From the NCBI GenBank assembly GCA_963822965.1, contig CAWGJT010000010.1:384001-448000 (forward strand): a stretch of DNA of 64,000 nucleotides, given 5' to 3'. The translations under genes and the position numbers were made by a program. How positions within the stretch are numbered: position 1 is the stretch's first letter; the number at the start of each line of letters is the position of its first letter. Under the pieces are notes generated by a model, which did no database searches, was not told where the DNA came from, and saw nothing but the letters and a program-made list of their open reading frames with translations. Positions 56,101 to 64,000 of this stretch are shown here, piece after piece. Source of the DNA: an uncultured delta proteobacterium. Its GTDB lineage: Bacteria > Myxococcota_A > UBA9160 > UBA4427.

Positions 56101-56276
56101 TCGGCGGCATCTACACGGTGAACGAATCGGAGCGCGAGAGCCGCGTGCCGTACCTGCATCGCATCCCGGTCATCGGCTCGGCCTTCAAGAGCCGCTCGAT
56201 CACGGATCAGCGCAAGGAGCTGCTGATCTTCGTGACCCCGCGGATCGTGCTGGCCTCCGAGCTCGCGGGCTCGTAG
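53187..56276 (+). CDS. pilQ: secretin PilQ with about three AMIN domains
   Basis: AFAC lipobox-like; AMIN motifs (PRALVLDL, PDRLVIDM); RISLDFKD, VPWDQAL, QVLIEAKIVE, LIFVTPRI. Confidence 0.96.
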   Translation: MSSMVAPRSGRWMARTALCVVALAVGAAFACASSPEPGPTASSEESAAADRLTDVRVESGSGESVVTLIGLRDPVYTAFLHDEPRALVLDLASVEIDTPNDLVMVYDGLVENVTVSTYGGSAGESLTRVEIALSQDAKYEITASDQGLQAVLSPSDGMASADDGDAMPSELGTSEAMPEDETVADDATGDEAFDPWSDPQAEEIALGSENDSAGLDGTLGEEPAAPAAPAAPATTLTGVRTTETSDGVLVHLEADGSVGAMETFTLESPDRLVIDMPGLKSQVANPTTKVGTPRVRQIRVGAHADKVRVVIDGGEAAGGFEERRVTPANDGLYLALGAGPELDAALAMATQASPAPAPAPEPATDDGDSGLAMTGMDEEPAPEAAPAEIAPKTVRQPVTADAQVYGIHYDSEDDYERVVILSDKVVDYDLLTPDDETVVVSIRDAKVAPEATGRVIAHAKRPISLISTFQQPDVATPEVRVVVKRASGLQPTVLRRGSMLFVDFPNTGLVAAPPPAFATEEEWAAAGLGSGETVASSGASTVQLQSAVTDQGSMIEAPTEEIAGSPAALPDFEQSAEKGIGVDVLAASSTGGPAALEPPAAAEILEEGGLIDGKEYTGRRISLDFKDVPVADVLRLIAEVSDLNLIAGDEVSGNVTIRLVDVPWDQALDVILLTKGLGFVRVGNVLRIAPADIIKAEEELRLQERRNKETLEDLVVKLQPVNYAKVEDMSALVKRLLTPRGTVNVDVRTNTLIIKDIPSVIDEATALIKAIDTETPQVLIEAKIVEAALDFSRELGSVWSAGTNQLEDGFSGNAPRTDLGGPDFRFHDDNNVIFGNPITSVPTGLLNMSAFVLNEDFNIEVQIQAAESTGDGKVISSPRVLTLDNREAEIQQGVSIPFQTFENGDAKLEFIDAVLSLLVTPHVTSDKTIIMQVEVTRNAPDDSVPTPTGSPAIARAEARTETLVKDGQTLVIGGIYTVNESERESRVPYLHRIPVIGSAFKSRSITDQRKELLIFVTPRIVLASELAGS

Positions 56277-56342
56277 GTCGGGAGCCGGCCGACGACCGAC
56301 ACGTTTGCGCGGAAGGTCCGCGCGGAATCCGTGATCCAGAGG

Positions 56343-56381
56343 GCGGGGAGGAGCTTCGGCTCCTCCCCGTTTCCTTCTTTT
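56343..56381 (+). terminator. intrinsic terminator after pilQ
   Basis: GCGGGGAGGAGC-TTCG-GCTCCTCCCCGT stem with a cUUCGg loop, followed by TTCCTTCTTTT. Confidence 0.85.
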
Positions 56382-56409
56382 CGGGAACGGGCTTCCTATA
56401 CTGCCGCGC

Positions 56410-57003
56410 GTGGATTCCGCCTGGATACTCGCCCGTCCGATCTTCCTCGTGGGCATGATGGGGTCGGGGAAGTCGACCGTGGGCCCGATGCTGGCCCGGC
56501 GCCTGGGTCGTGACTTCGTCGACAACGACAACGTGGTGGAGGCCCGGGCCGGGCGGCGGATCGCCGAGATCTTCGCCCGGGACGGCGAGCCGGCGTTCCG
56601 GGAGCGGGAGGCCCGGGCAATCGACGAGGCGGCCGCGGGCCGCGCCGTGGTCGCGCTCGGCGGGGGGGCCATCGCGCAGCCGGGGGCGCCCGAGAGGCTC
56701 GCGCGGCTCGGCACCGTGGTCTATCTCCAGGCGAGCCCGCGGGAGCTGGCGCGGCGGGTGGGCCCGGCCGAGGCGCGACCGCTGCTGGCCGGGCTGGACG
56801 AGGAGCAGCGGGAGCAGCGCATCGCGAGCCTGCTGCGCGAGCGGGAAGGCGCGTACCGCAGCGCCCGCATCGTGGTGGAGACCGAGGGCAGGTCGGCCGC
56901 GGAGGTGGCCGATCGCATCGCAGACGCCCTGGCGGAGGGCGCCGGGGGCGAGGGAGAGGACGTGGGCGAAGCGGGGACGGAAGACCGGGAGGGGGCATCG
57001 TGA
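56410..57003 (+). CDS. aroK: shikimate kinase
   Basis: GMMGSGKST, IFARDGEPAFRE, ALGGG, RPLL; TATACT lies 7 nt before the GTG. Confidence 0.94.
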   Translation: MDSAWILARPIFLVGMMGSGKSTVGPMLARRLGRDFVDNDNVVEARAGRRIAEIFARDGEPAFREREARAIDEAAAGRAVVALGGGAIAQPGAPERLARLGTVVYLQASPRELARRVGPAEARPLLAGLDEEQREQRIASLLREREGAYRSARIVVETEGRSAAEVADRIADALAEGAGGEGEDVGEAGTEDREGAS

Positions 57004-58118
57004 GCCCGTCGCGCAGGGCCGCCGGGACGCCCCGCGGCGCGCGTCTGGTGCGGGTGTCCCTGGGCGAGCGGAGCTATCCGATCCGCATCGGCTTCGACGG
57101 CTTCGACGGGCTCGGGGCCGAGGTCGCGAAACGCACCGGGGCCAGCCAGGTGGGACTCGTGACCGTGCCCCCGGTCGGACGTCGCTACGCCGCCCCGGTC
57201 CTGCGCTCGCTCCGGGAGGCGGGTCTGCGGACCCACCGCATCGACGTTCCCGACGGCGACGCCACCAAGAACCTCCGGCAGGTCGCGAAGCTCTACGACT
57301 TCTTCCTCGAGAAGGGGCTCGACCGGAAGTCGATTCTGGTGGCGCTCGGGGGCGGCATGGTCGGTGATCTCACCGGCTTCGCGGCGGCCACCTACCTGCG
57401 CGGAATCCCCTTCGTCCAGGTCCCCACGACGATCCTGGCCATGGTCGACTCCAGCATCGGCGGCAAGACCGGCGTCAACCTTCCCCAGGGCAAGAACCTG
57501 GTGGGGGCGTTCCACCAGCCGTCCGCCGTGTGGATCCACACGGGCACCCTGCGCTCCCTGCCGCGCCGGGAGCGCGCGGCGGGCATGGCCGAGGTGGTGA
57601 AGGCGGCGGTGATCTGGGACGCGCGCTTCTTCGCGCGGCTCGAGCGGGACTGCGACCGGGTGATGGCGCTCGATCCCGAGGTGCTGGGGCCGGTCCTCGA
57701 GCGGGCCTGTCGCATCAAGGCCGAGGTCGTCGCCCGGGACGAGCGGGAGGAGTCCGGCGTGCGGGCCCTGCTCAACTTCGGCCACACCCTGGCCCACGCC
57801 GTCGAGGCCCAGGCCGGCTACCGGGGCATCCTGCACGGGGAGGCCGTGTCCATCGGCATGGTGCACGCGGCGCGACGCTCCGAGGCGCTGGGTCTGGCGC
57901 CTGTGGGGACGGCCCAACGCCTGGAGGACCTGCTGGCCCGCGTGGGGCTGCCCACGGAGATCCCCCGGTATGATCGGAAGGCTCATCTCGCGGCCATTCG
58001 CGTCGATAAGAAGAAGGTGGGGCGCAAGATCGGTTACATCGTCCTGCGCCGGATCGGCGGCGTGGAGAAGGTGGAGCTGTCGCCCGCCGAGATCCTTCCC
58101 AGGAGGAGAAGCCCGTGA
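57000..58118 (+). CDS. aroB: 3-dehydroquinate synthase
   Basis: ALGGGMVGDLTGF, VPTT.LAMVDSSIGGKTGVN, GKNLVGAFHQP, LNFGHT, HGEAV. Confidence 0.96.
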   Translation: MSPSRRAAGTPRGARLVRVSLGERSYPIRIGFDGFDGLGAEVAKRTGASQVGLVTVPPVGRRYAAPVLRSLREAGLRTHRIDVPDGDATKNLRQVAKLYDFFLEKGLDRKSILVALGGGMVGDLTGFAAATYLRGIPFVQVPTTILAMVDSSIGGKTGVNLPQGKNLVGAFHQPSAVWIHTGTLRSLPRRERAAGMAEVVKAAVIWDARFFARLERDCDRVMALDPEVLGPVLERACRIKAEVVARDEREESGVRALLNFGHTLAHAVEAQAGYRGILHGEAVSIGMVHAARRSEALGLAPVGTAQRLEDLLARVGLPTEIPRYDRKAHLAAIRVDKKKVGRKIGYIVLRRIGGVEKVELSPAEILPRRRSP

Positions 58119-58807
58119 CCCAGGCGGAGAAGCCCGTGACGTCGTCGCGAACCCCCGATGCTCCGCATTCCGACTTCGTGGCCGACGCCGAGCGGTCCCG
58201 ACGGCGCGGCGACGCGCATGCCGCCCTGGAGATCGCCGAGGCGGGGCTGGCGACCTCGCCGGCCGACGAGCGCGGGCGCATCGCACTGGCACTCGCGCTG
58301 ATCGACCTGGGAGACCTGCCCCGCGCACGGGAAGAGCTCGCCCGCGCGCTGGAGGGTGCGGCTCCCGCCGCGGCCGCCGGGTTCGCCGGCGATCTCGCCG
58401 AGGACGAGCTCGATACGGCGTTCGCGGCGGCCGAGACGAATCCCGACGAGATGATGGACGCGAACCGCGTGGTGGAGCGGACGCTCGAGCAGCATGCGGA
58501 CCTCGACGGTGCCGAGGGGGACTTCGACCTGGCGGGTCATCCCACCTATGCGACCGAGACGATGGCCAGCCTGCTGGCGGGGCAGGGACGCGAGGCCGAG
58601 GCCGACGCGCTTCGCGCTTCTCTGGCGCGCTCGGTGGCGCCGTCCGAGGGCGCCGCGCGATCGGACGAGAGCGGAGTCGGTCCGGATCACGCCGAGCAGC
58701 TGCGCATCGTGACGACGCTCGAGGGCTGGCTCCACAACCTCAGACGCAACGCCGAGCGCGATTCGCGGGTGCGCCGGATCGACAGCGCGGCCGGGAGGGC
58801 GAGATGA
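58115..58807 (+). CDS. hypothetical helical/TPR-like protein
   Basis: TPR-like N-terminus, ATETMASLLAGQG motif, LEGWL terminus; coupled to aroB and to the roadblock gene. Confidence 0.75.
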   Translation: MTQAEKPVTSSRTPDAPHSDFVADAERSRRRGDAHAALEIAEAGLATSPADERGRIALALALIDLGDLPRAREELARALEGAAPAAAAGFAGDLAEDELDTAFAAAETNPDEMMDANRVVERTLEQHADLDGAEGDFDLAGHPTYATETMASLLAGQGREAEADALRASLARSVAPSEGAARSDESGVGPDHAEQLRIVTTLEGWLHNLRRNAERDSRVRRIDSAAGRAR

Positions 58808-59184
58808 GCTTCGAGTCCATCCTGCGGGAGATCCTCGACGGATGCGGCGGCGGCCTGGGCATCGCGCTGATGGGCTCGGACGGCATTCCCATCGTGCAGA
58901 TCACCCCGACGCTGGTGAACGGCGCGCCGAACCCGCTGGGCGACGACATCGGCACCGCGGGGGTCGAGTTCGCGCGCATCCTCGCCGAGATCCAGAAGGC
59001 CGCCGACGCGCTCGGCGCCGGCGCCATGGCCGAGACGGTCATCAACCTCGCGCGCTTCCAGCTCCTGTTCCGCCAGGTCGAAGACGACGTGATCCTGGTG
59101 CTGGCGCTCGCCCACGAGGGCAACCCCGGCAAGGCGCGCTATCTCGTCCGCCGGCACCTGGTGTCGCTCCGCCAGGAGCTCTAA
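58804..59184 (+). CDS. roadblock/LC7 domain protein, MglC-like
   Basis: MSF.SIL...IALMGSDGIPI, GNPGKARY; located downstream of pilQ like myxobacterial mglC. Confidence 0.8.
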   Translation: MSFESILREILDGCGGGLGIALMGSDGIPIVQITPTLVNGAPNPLGDDIGTAGVEFARILAEIQKAADALGAGAMAETVINLARFQLLFRQVEDDVILVLALAHEGNPGKARYLVRRHLVSLRQEL

Positions 59185-59250
59185 CGGCTCCGCAGGGATC
59201 CGGGCTAAGATCGACGGCCACGGCTCTCGCCGTCCGGAGGGAGGAGCGCC

Positions 59251-59709
59251 ATGTCCGACGCGCCGTCGATCCTGGTGGTTCACGGGCCGAACCTGAACCT
59301 GCTCGGGACGCGCGAGCCCGAGATCTACGGGAGCGTCACCCTCGACGAGATCGACGCGCGGCTGGAGGCCGTCGGCAAGGAGCACGGCTGCCAGATCGAG
59401 TGCTGCCAGTCGAACCACGAGGGCGTGCTGATCGACCGGATCCAGGAGGCGCGGAGCTGGGCGAGCGGCATCCTGATCAATCCGGCGGGGCTGACGCATT
59501 CGAGTGTTGCTCTGCGCGACGCGCTGATTGCGAGCGAGCTGCCGGTGGTCGAGGTCCACCTGTCCAACGTCTTCGCCCGGGAGCCCTTCCGGCATCACTC
59601 CTACGTCTCGGGCATCGCCGTCGGCGTGATCTCCGGCTTCGGTCCGGAGAGCTACCGCCTGGGGCTCGAGGCGCTGCTCTCGCACCTCGAGGCGAACACC
59701 CGGGACTGA
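59251..59709 (+). CDS. aroQ: type II 3-dehydroquinate dehydratase
   Basis: [43 protein letters not shown]. Confidence 0.96.
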   Translation: MSDAPSILVVHGPNLNLLGTREPEIYGSVTLDEIDARLEAVGKEHGCQIECCQSNHEGVLIDRIQEARSWASGILINPAGLTHSSVALRDALIASELPVVEVHLSNVFAREPFRHHSYVSGIAVGVISGFGPESYRLGLEALLSHLEANTRD

Positions 59710-59713
59710 CTCC

Positions 59714-60476
59714 GTGCCGTCGACGTGGCAGCTCTTCGTCCACGGGAGCGCTCCGGGGCCCTTCAACATGGGCGTCGACGAGGTGCTGCTCGAGAGCGCC
59801 ATCGAGACCGGGCGCGCGAGCCTGCGCTTCTACACCTGGCAGGGCCCCTGGCTCTCGCTGGGCTACGGCCAGTCGCTCGACGACGAGCGCCGGGCGGCCC
59901 TCGAGCGGGCCGGCGTAGGCTGGGTGCGGCGGGTGACGGGGGGACGCGCGGTCCTGCACGGCTGCGACCTCACCTACTCGATCGCCGCGCCGGAGAGCGC
60001 CCTGGCCTCCGGGCTGCGTGCGTCATACGGGGTCGTGGCCGACGCGCTGCTCGCGGCCCTGGCGAGCCTCGGGGTTTCCGCGACCCGCAGCCCTGCCGCT
60101 TCGCGCGCTCCCGCGTCGTCCGTGTTCGACTGCTTCGAGCGACCGGCCGCCGACGAGATCTGCCTGGCCGGGCGCAAGCTCTCGGGAAGCGCTCAGCGTC
60201 GGGTGCGGGGGGCGCTGCTCCAACACGGCTCGATCCGTCTGGGTCCCGATCCGCCGACCGCCGTGGCCGCCGTCGCACCCGGGTCGGCGGGACTCGGGGG
60301 CACCAGCCTCGCCGAGGAGGGGCTTTCCGTTCTCCCGGCGCGACCTGGAAGCGGCTTGCATTCGCAGCTTCCAGGAGTGGCTCGGCGCGCGCCTCGAGAC
60401 GTGCGCGCTCGACCCGGAACAGCTCGCGCGCGCCCGGGGTCGGGGGCTCGAGCCGCGGTCCCCGGCGCGAGTCTGA
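59714..60476 (+). CDS. lipoate-protein ligase A / octanoyltransferase family; probable frameshift near 60335
   Basis: NMGVDE.LL, LRFYTW, SLGYGQ, VRRVTGGRAVLH, RKLSGSAQRR, LQHGSI; plausible C-terminus (DLEAACIRSFQEWLG) ends at 60476. Confidence 0.85.
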
Positions 60477-60567
60477 GCCCGACCGCCGCGCATCGGGGAC
60501 CTGTCCAGGTCCCGTCTTCGGGACGCGATGAGGCCCGAAATGGTGCGGATTCGCGGGGGAAACCCCC

Positions 60568-60595
60568 TCAAGAGACCTCCTCGTCGTCCCGATAG
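60568..60595 (+). promoter_or_regulatory. sigma28-like promoter TCAAG-N15-CCCGATAG upstream of the SgmX-like gene
   Basis: Recurring motif with identical spacing, about 60 nt upstream of TTG 60655. Confidence 0.65.
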
Positions 60596-60654
60596 ACACG
60601 TCTGGGAGGACTTGCCCTCCCGCTGCCGACGCGTGCTCGAAGCTCGAGGGACTC

Positions 60655-63600
60655 TTGGCCGTCAACAAGCGGAAAGTTCTGGACGCAGCGCGGAAGTTCG
60701 CCCAGAAGGGCGCCAAGGAGAAGGCGCTCAAGGAATATCACACCCTTCTCAAGCTCGATCCGCGCGATGCCAAGCTGCATCTCGAGATCGGCGACTGCTA
60801 CCGCCGTTGGGGACAGATCGACGAGGCGATCACCCAGTACTCCCGGGTCGCGGAGCAGTACAAGGGTGACGGCTTCGACGCGCGCGCGGTCGCCGTCTTC
60901 AAGCAGATCCTGAACCTCGACCCCAAGCGCTACGCCGCGTACGTATCGCTCTCCGAGCTGTACCAGCGCATGGGGCTCGACGCCGAAGCGCTGTCGTCGC
61001 TGCAGGCCGCGGCCGACGGCTACCACAAGGAAGGCAGCAAGCGCGAAGCCCTCGAGCTGCTTCGCAAGATGGCGACCCTCGATCCCGACCAACACCACGA
61101 GCCGTCTGAAGGTCGCCGAGCTGCTCCGCCAGGAGGGGATGGAGGACGACGCGGTGGCCGAGTACGAGGCGGTCGCCGCGGAGTTCGACCGCCAGGGCGC
61201 CACCGAGCAGATCCTCGCCGTGCAGGAGCGCATCCTCGAGATCCAGCCGGATCGCGCCGACGTGCTGATCGGTGTCGCCCGCCGGCTCATCGAGCTGCGC
61301 AAGCCCGAGCGCGCCGAGCCGTTCGCGAAGCGAGCGCTGGAGAAGGATCCGCAGCAGAGCGACGCCTACGAGGTGCTCTGCGACATCTACAAGGTGCTCG
61401 GCAAGGACGAGGAGCTCGCGGAGATCACGCGCGCGCTCGCCCGGATCTACCGCGATCGGGGCGACACGGACCGCGCGCGCGAGCTCGCCCAGCGCATCCC
61501 GATGAGTCTCGAGATGGACGGGGGCGGCGAGGCCCCGCCCGGACCCGGCATGGATCACACCGAGTCCGCCTTCCTCAGCGACGACGAGCTGCTGGACGAC
61601 GACTTCCTGACGCCCGACGCGTCCGAGATGGAGGACGTGTCCGAGGAGCGTCCCTTCGGCGAGAGCGACATCGAGCTCGACCTGAGCGTCGAGGCGCCGG
61701 AGAGCAGCGCGCCGTCTCCGGCGGCCCAAGACGAGGAGCTCGACCTGGAGGCCGACGAGGCCCCGGGCGACGATTCGCCCGGCGGATCCGCGGCCGCGCC
61801 CGTGGGCGACCCGGACCAGCTGCTGGCGGAAGCGAGCGTCTACCTCCGCTACGGCAAGCGCGACCAGGCGATCGCGAGCCTCGAGGCCGTCGTCGCCCAG
61901 GAGCCGGATCATCGCGCCGCCCTCGAGAAGCTGGGCGATGCCCGCGCCGAAGGAGACGAAGACGACAAGGCCGTCGAGGCGTGGTCCCGCGCCGCCGCCC
62001 TCGCCCGGGCCGAAGGAGACGACGCCGGCTTCGGGGTGCTGTGCGATCGCATCGCCGCTCTCGACGCGGACGCCGCCGCGGCCCTGGGCGGACCCGCCGC
62101 GGCCGCCCTGGACGTGGACGCCGTGTCGGTGGACGCCGAGGCCGAGAGCACGGACGACGGCATCGACTTCGAGATCGACGTCTCGGTGGGCGACGAGGAC
62201 GAGCCCGCCCCCGGCGAGGACGACGAGATCGACGTGTCCGAAGACGATGCGGACGCGTTCGGGGAGCCCGGCGCGGACCTCGCATCCGAAGACGAATCCA
62301 TCGACGTCGTGATCGACGACGAGCCCGAGGTCTCGAGGGCGGAGACGACCCAGCCCGATGCCGGCGGTGCCGACGACGGTGTCGAGTTCGAGATCGACGT
62401 CGACCTGGACGACGACGAGGAAGCGCCTGCGGAAGACGATGCGGCGGCCGCGTCGAGCGCGTCCGGCGGAACGAGCACCACCACCTCCCAGCAGGTGGCG
62501 GAAGACCTCGAGGAGGCGGAGTTCTACTACCAGCAGCAGCTCTTCGACGAGGCGGAGGCCGTCTATCGCCGGATCCTCAATCTCGCGCCCAACCACCCGA
62601 GCGCGCTGCTGCGGCTCGGCGAGCTGGCGGCGGCGAAGGGCGACGATCCGGGGGCGGTTCGGGAGCCGACCGAGGCGAAGCCCCAGGTCGCGGCGCCCGC
62701 CAAGCCCGCCTCGAAGGTCGCCAGCGTCACGAAGATCGAGTTCGACGACGAGCCCGAAGAGGAGTTCGAGATCGACGTGGACGAGAGCGAGCCGGAGGCT
62801 CCCGGCGAGGACTCCACGGAGGTCGCCGAGCTCTCCCTCGACCCGGACGAGGAGGACGAGCCCGCCGTGCAGATGGACCTGCCGCCCGCGGCCGGTCGCG
62901 GACGCCAGTCGGGGGCGACGGCCGGCAAGCGGGAGGAACGGCCCGCGGCGATCCACGCGGAAGACACGCTGCCGATGGAGAGCGCGGACGCGGACGACGA
63001 CGAGGACGCCGCGTCCTGGCTCGACGACGTGCAGGCCGCCGACGCCGGCGGCGACGAAGCGGCGGACGAGGGCGAAGCGGCGGAGGAGGGCGGCTTCGAT
63101 CTCGCCGCCGAGCTGCGCGACGTGCTCGGCGACGACGACGACCCCAACGCGGATTCGGCCGACGGCATCCGCTCGACGGTGGACGACGGCTTCGAGTCGA
63201 TCTTCGCCGACTTCAAGCAGGGTGTCAGCGCGACGCTCTCCGACGACGACTACGAGACGCGCTACGACCTCGGCATCGCCTACCGCGAGATGGAGCTCTA
63301 CGAGGACGCGATCGGTGAGTTCCGCCTGTGCCTCGAGAGCCCGGGTCGGAAGCTGGAGAGCCTGCACATGATGGGTCTGTGCGCCCTGGACCTCGGTCGT
63401 GCGGGCGACGCCGCGAATCACCTCGAGCAGGCGCTGGCGACGCCCGATCTGCCGGTCGAGCAGGTCACCGGCCTGAACTTCGATCTCGGACGTGCGCTCG
63501 AGGCGGCGGGCGACGCGGCTCGGGCCCGCAGCGCGTACGAGAGCGTCAGCGAGGCGGACCCCGACTTTCCCGGGGTGGCCGAGCGCCTGGCGGCCCTGGA

Positions 63601-63907
63601 CGGCACCGGCCCCGCGGCTCCGCTCGAGCTGAAGGGCGAGTCCGGCGGCTTCGAGTCCTTCGACGACCTCGTCGCCGAGGCGATGGAGGACGAGGACGAC
63701 ACGACCGAACAGACCGAGAGCTTCGAGTCCTTCGACGACGTCATCACGGAAGCCGAGTCGGGCGGCGATCGCGGTCGAAGTGCAGGGCGAGGACGAGGCC
63801 GATGCGCTTCGCAGAGGCGAGGACGACGATTCGCCAGGGCGAGATGGACGTCTCCCCGTCGGCGGAGAGCAAGCCGCGACCGCAAGAAGAAGATCTCGTT
63901 CGTATGA
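60655..63907 (+). CDS. large TPR protein, SgmX-like; frameshift near 61088 and probably near 63760-63830
   Basis: N-terminal TPRs, long acidic linkers, C-terminal TPRs (RYDLGIAYREMEL..DAI.EF), terminal KKKISFV; located downstream of pilQ and the roadblock gene. Confidence 0.8.
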
Positions 63908-63917
63908 GGATCCCAGC

Positions 63918-64000
63918 GTGGAGCATCTGCATCACTTCCATCTGAGTCAGGACCCGTTTCAGAACGAGCCCGACCTGCGCTTCTATGTGGACAGCGCCTA
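63918..64000 (+). CDS. N-terminus of an ExeA/GspA-like AAA ATPase, truncated by the window edge
   Basis: VEHLHHFHLSQDPFQNEPDLRFY matches the typical 'F.L...PF...PD..F' start; GAGGA upstream. Confidence 0.7.
   Translation, partial: MEHLHHFHLSQDPFQNEPDLRFYVDSA

Noticed and set aside
53178..56714. Long antisense ORFs (53178..56714, 29585..31768, 31573..34440, 38974..41301, 60899..63421 and similar)
   Set aside because: Shadow ORFs opposite well-supported genes, expected from high-GC codon bias; no recognisable motifs.
60477..60595. Lipoate ligase extension to 60595
   Set aside because: Low-complexity tail running through the next promoter motif; a more protein-like C-terminus in another frame ends at 60476.

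Overview
High-GC bacterial chromosomal segment. The gene content and order (ribF...pilB-pilT-pilC-pilS-pilR...pilMNOPQ...roadblock protein...SgmX-like TPR protein) point to a Myxococcota-like deltaproteobacterium; this is an inference. No rRNA, tRNA, CRISPR array, integrase or transposase was seen. Left half: a sigma54 response regulator/kinase/receiver trio; a membrane-anchored coiled-coil protein with a RelE/HigB-like C-terminus; a GT4/methyltransferase cluster; a peptidoglycan-recycling cluster (anmK, MBL hydrolase, murU, amgK, spmAB fusion, dacB, slt); an XRE regulator inside ~1.8 kb of otherwise non-coding, repeat- and hairpin-rich DNA; rsmD-coaD-coaBC; nfeD-slipin-hflK-hflC; lptF/G; ribF. 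Right half: a type IVa pilus supercluster that lacks pilA/pilD and contains an oppositely oriented block (sigma54 regulator, two Ig-like proteins, fimU-pilV-pilW-pilX, pilY1), followed by aroK, aroB, an MglC-like protein, aroQ, a lipoate ligase, an SgmX-like protein and the start of an ExeA-type ATPase. Many single-base frameshifts, including in housekeeping genes, are most likely long-read assembly errors. Best novel signals: (1) a fixed-spacing sigma28-like promoter, T(C/A)AAG-N15-nCCGAT, in front of the pilus operons, found six times; (2) seven tandem hairpins with minus-strand G-U bias right after the XRE gene, which also has a long repeat-containing leader; (3) the TM-coiled-coil-RelE-like protein with no antitoxin; (4) an MBL hydrolase and an SpmAB fusion as candidates for the missing MurNAc-recycling steps.
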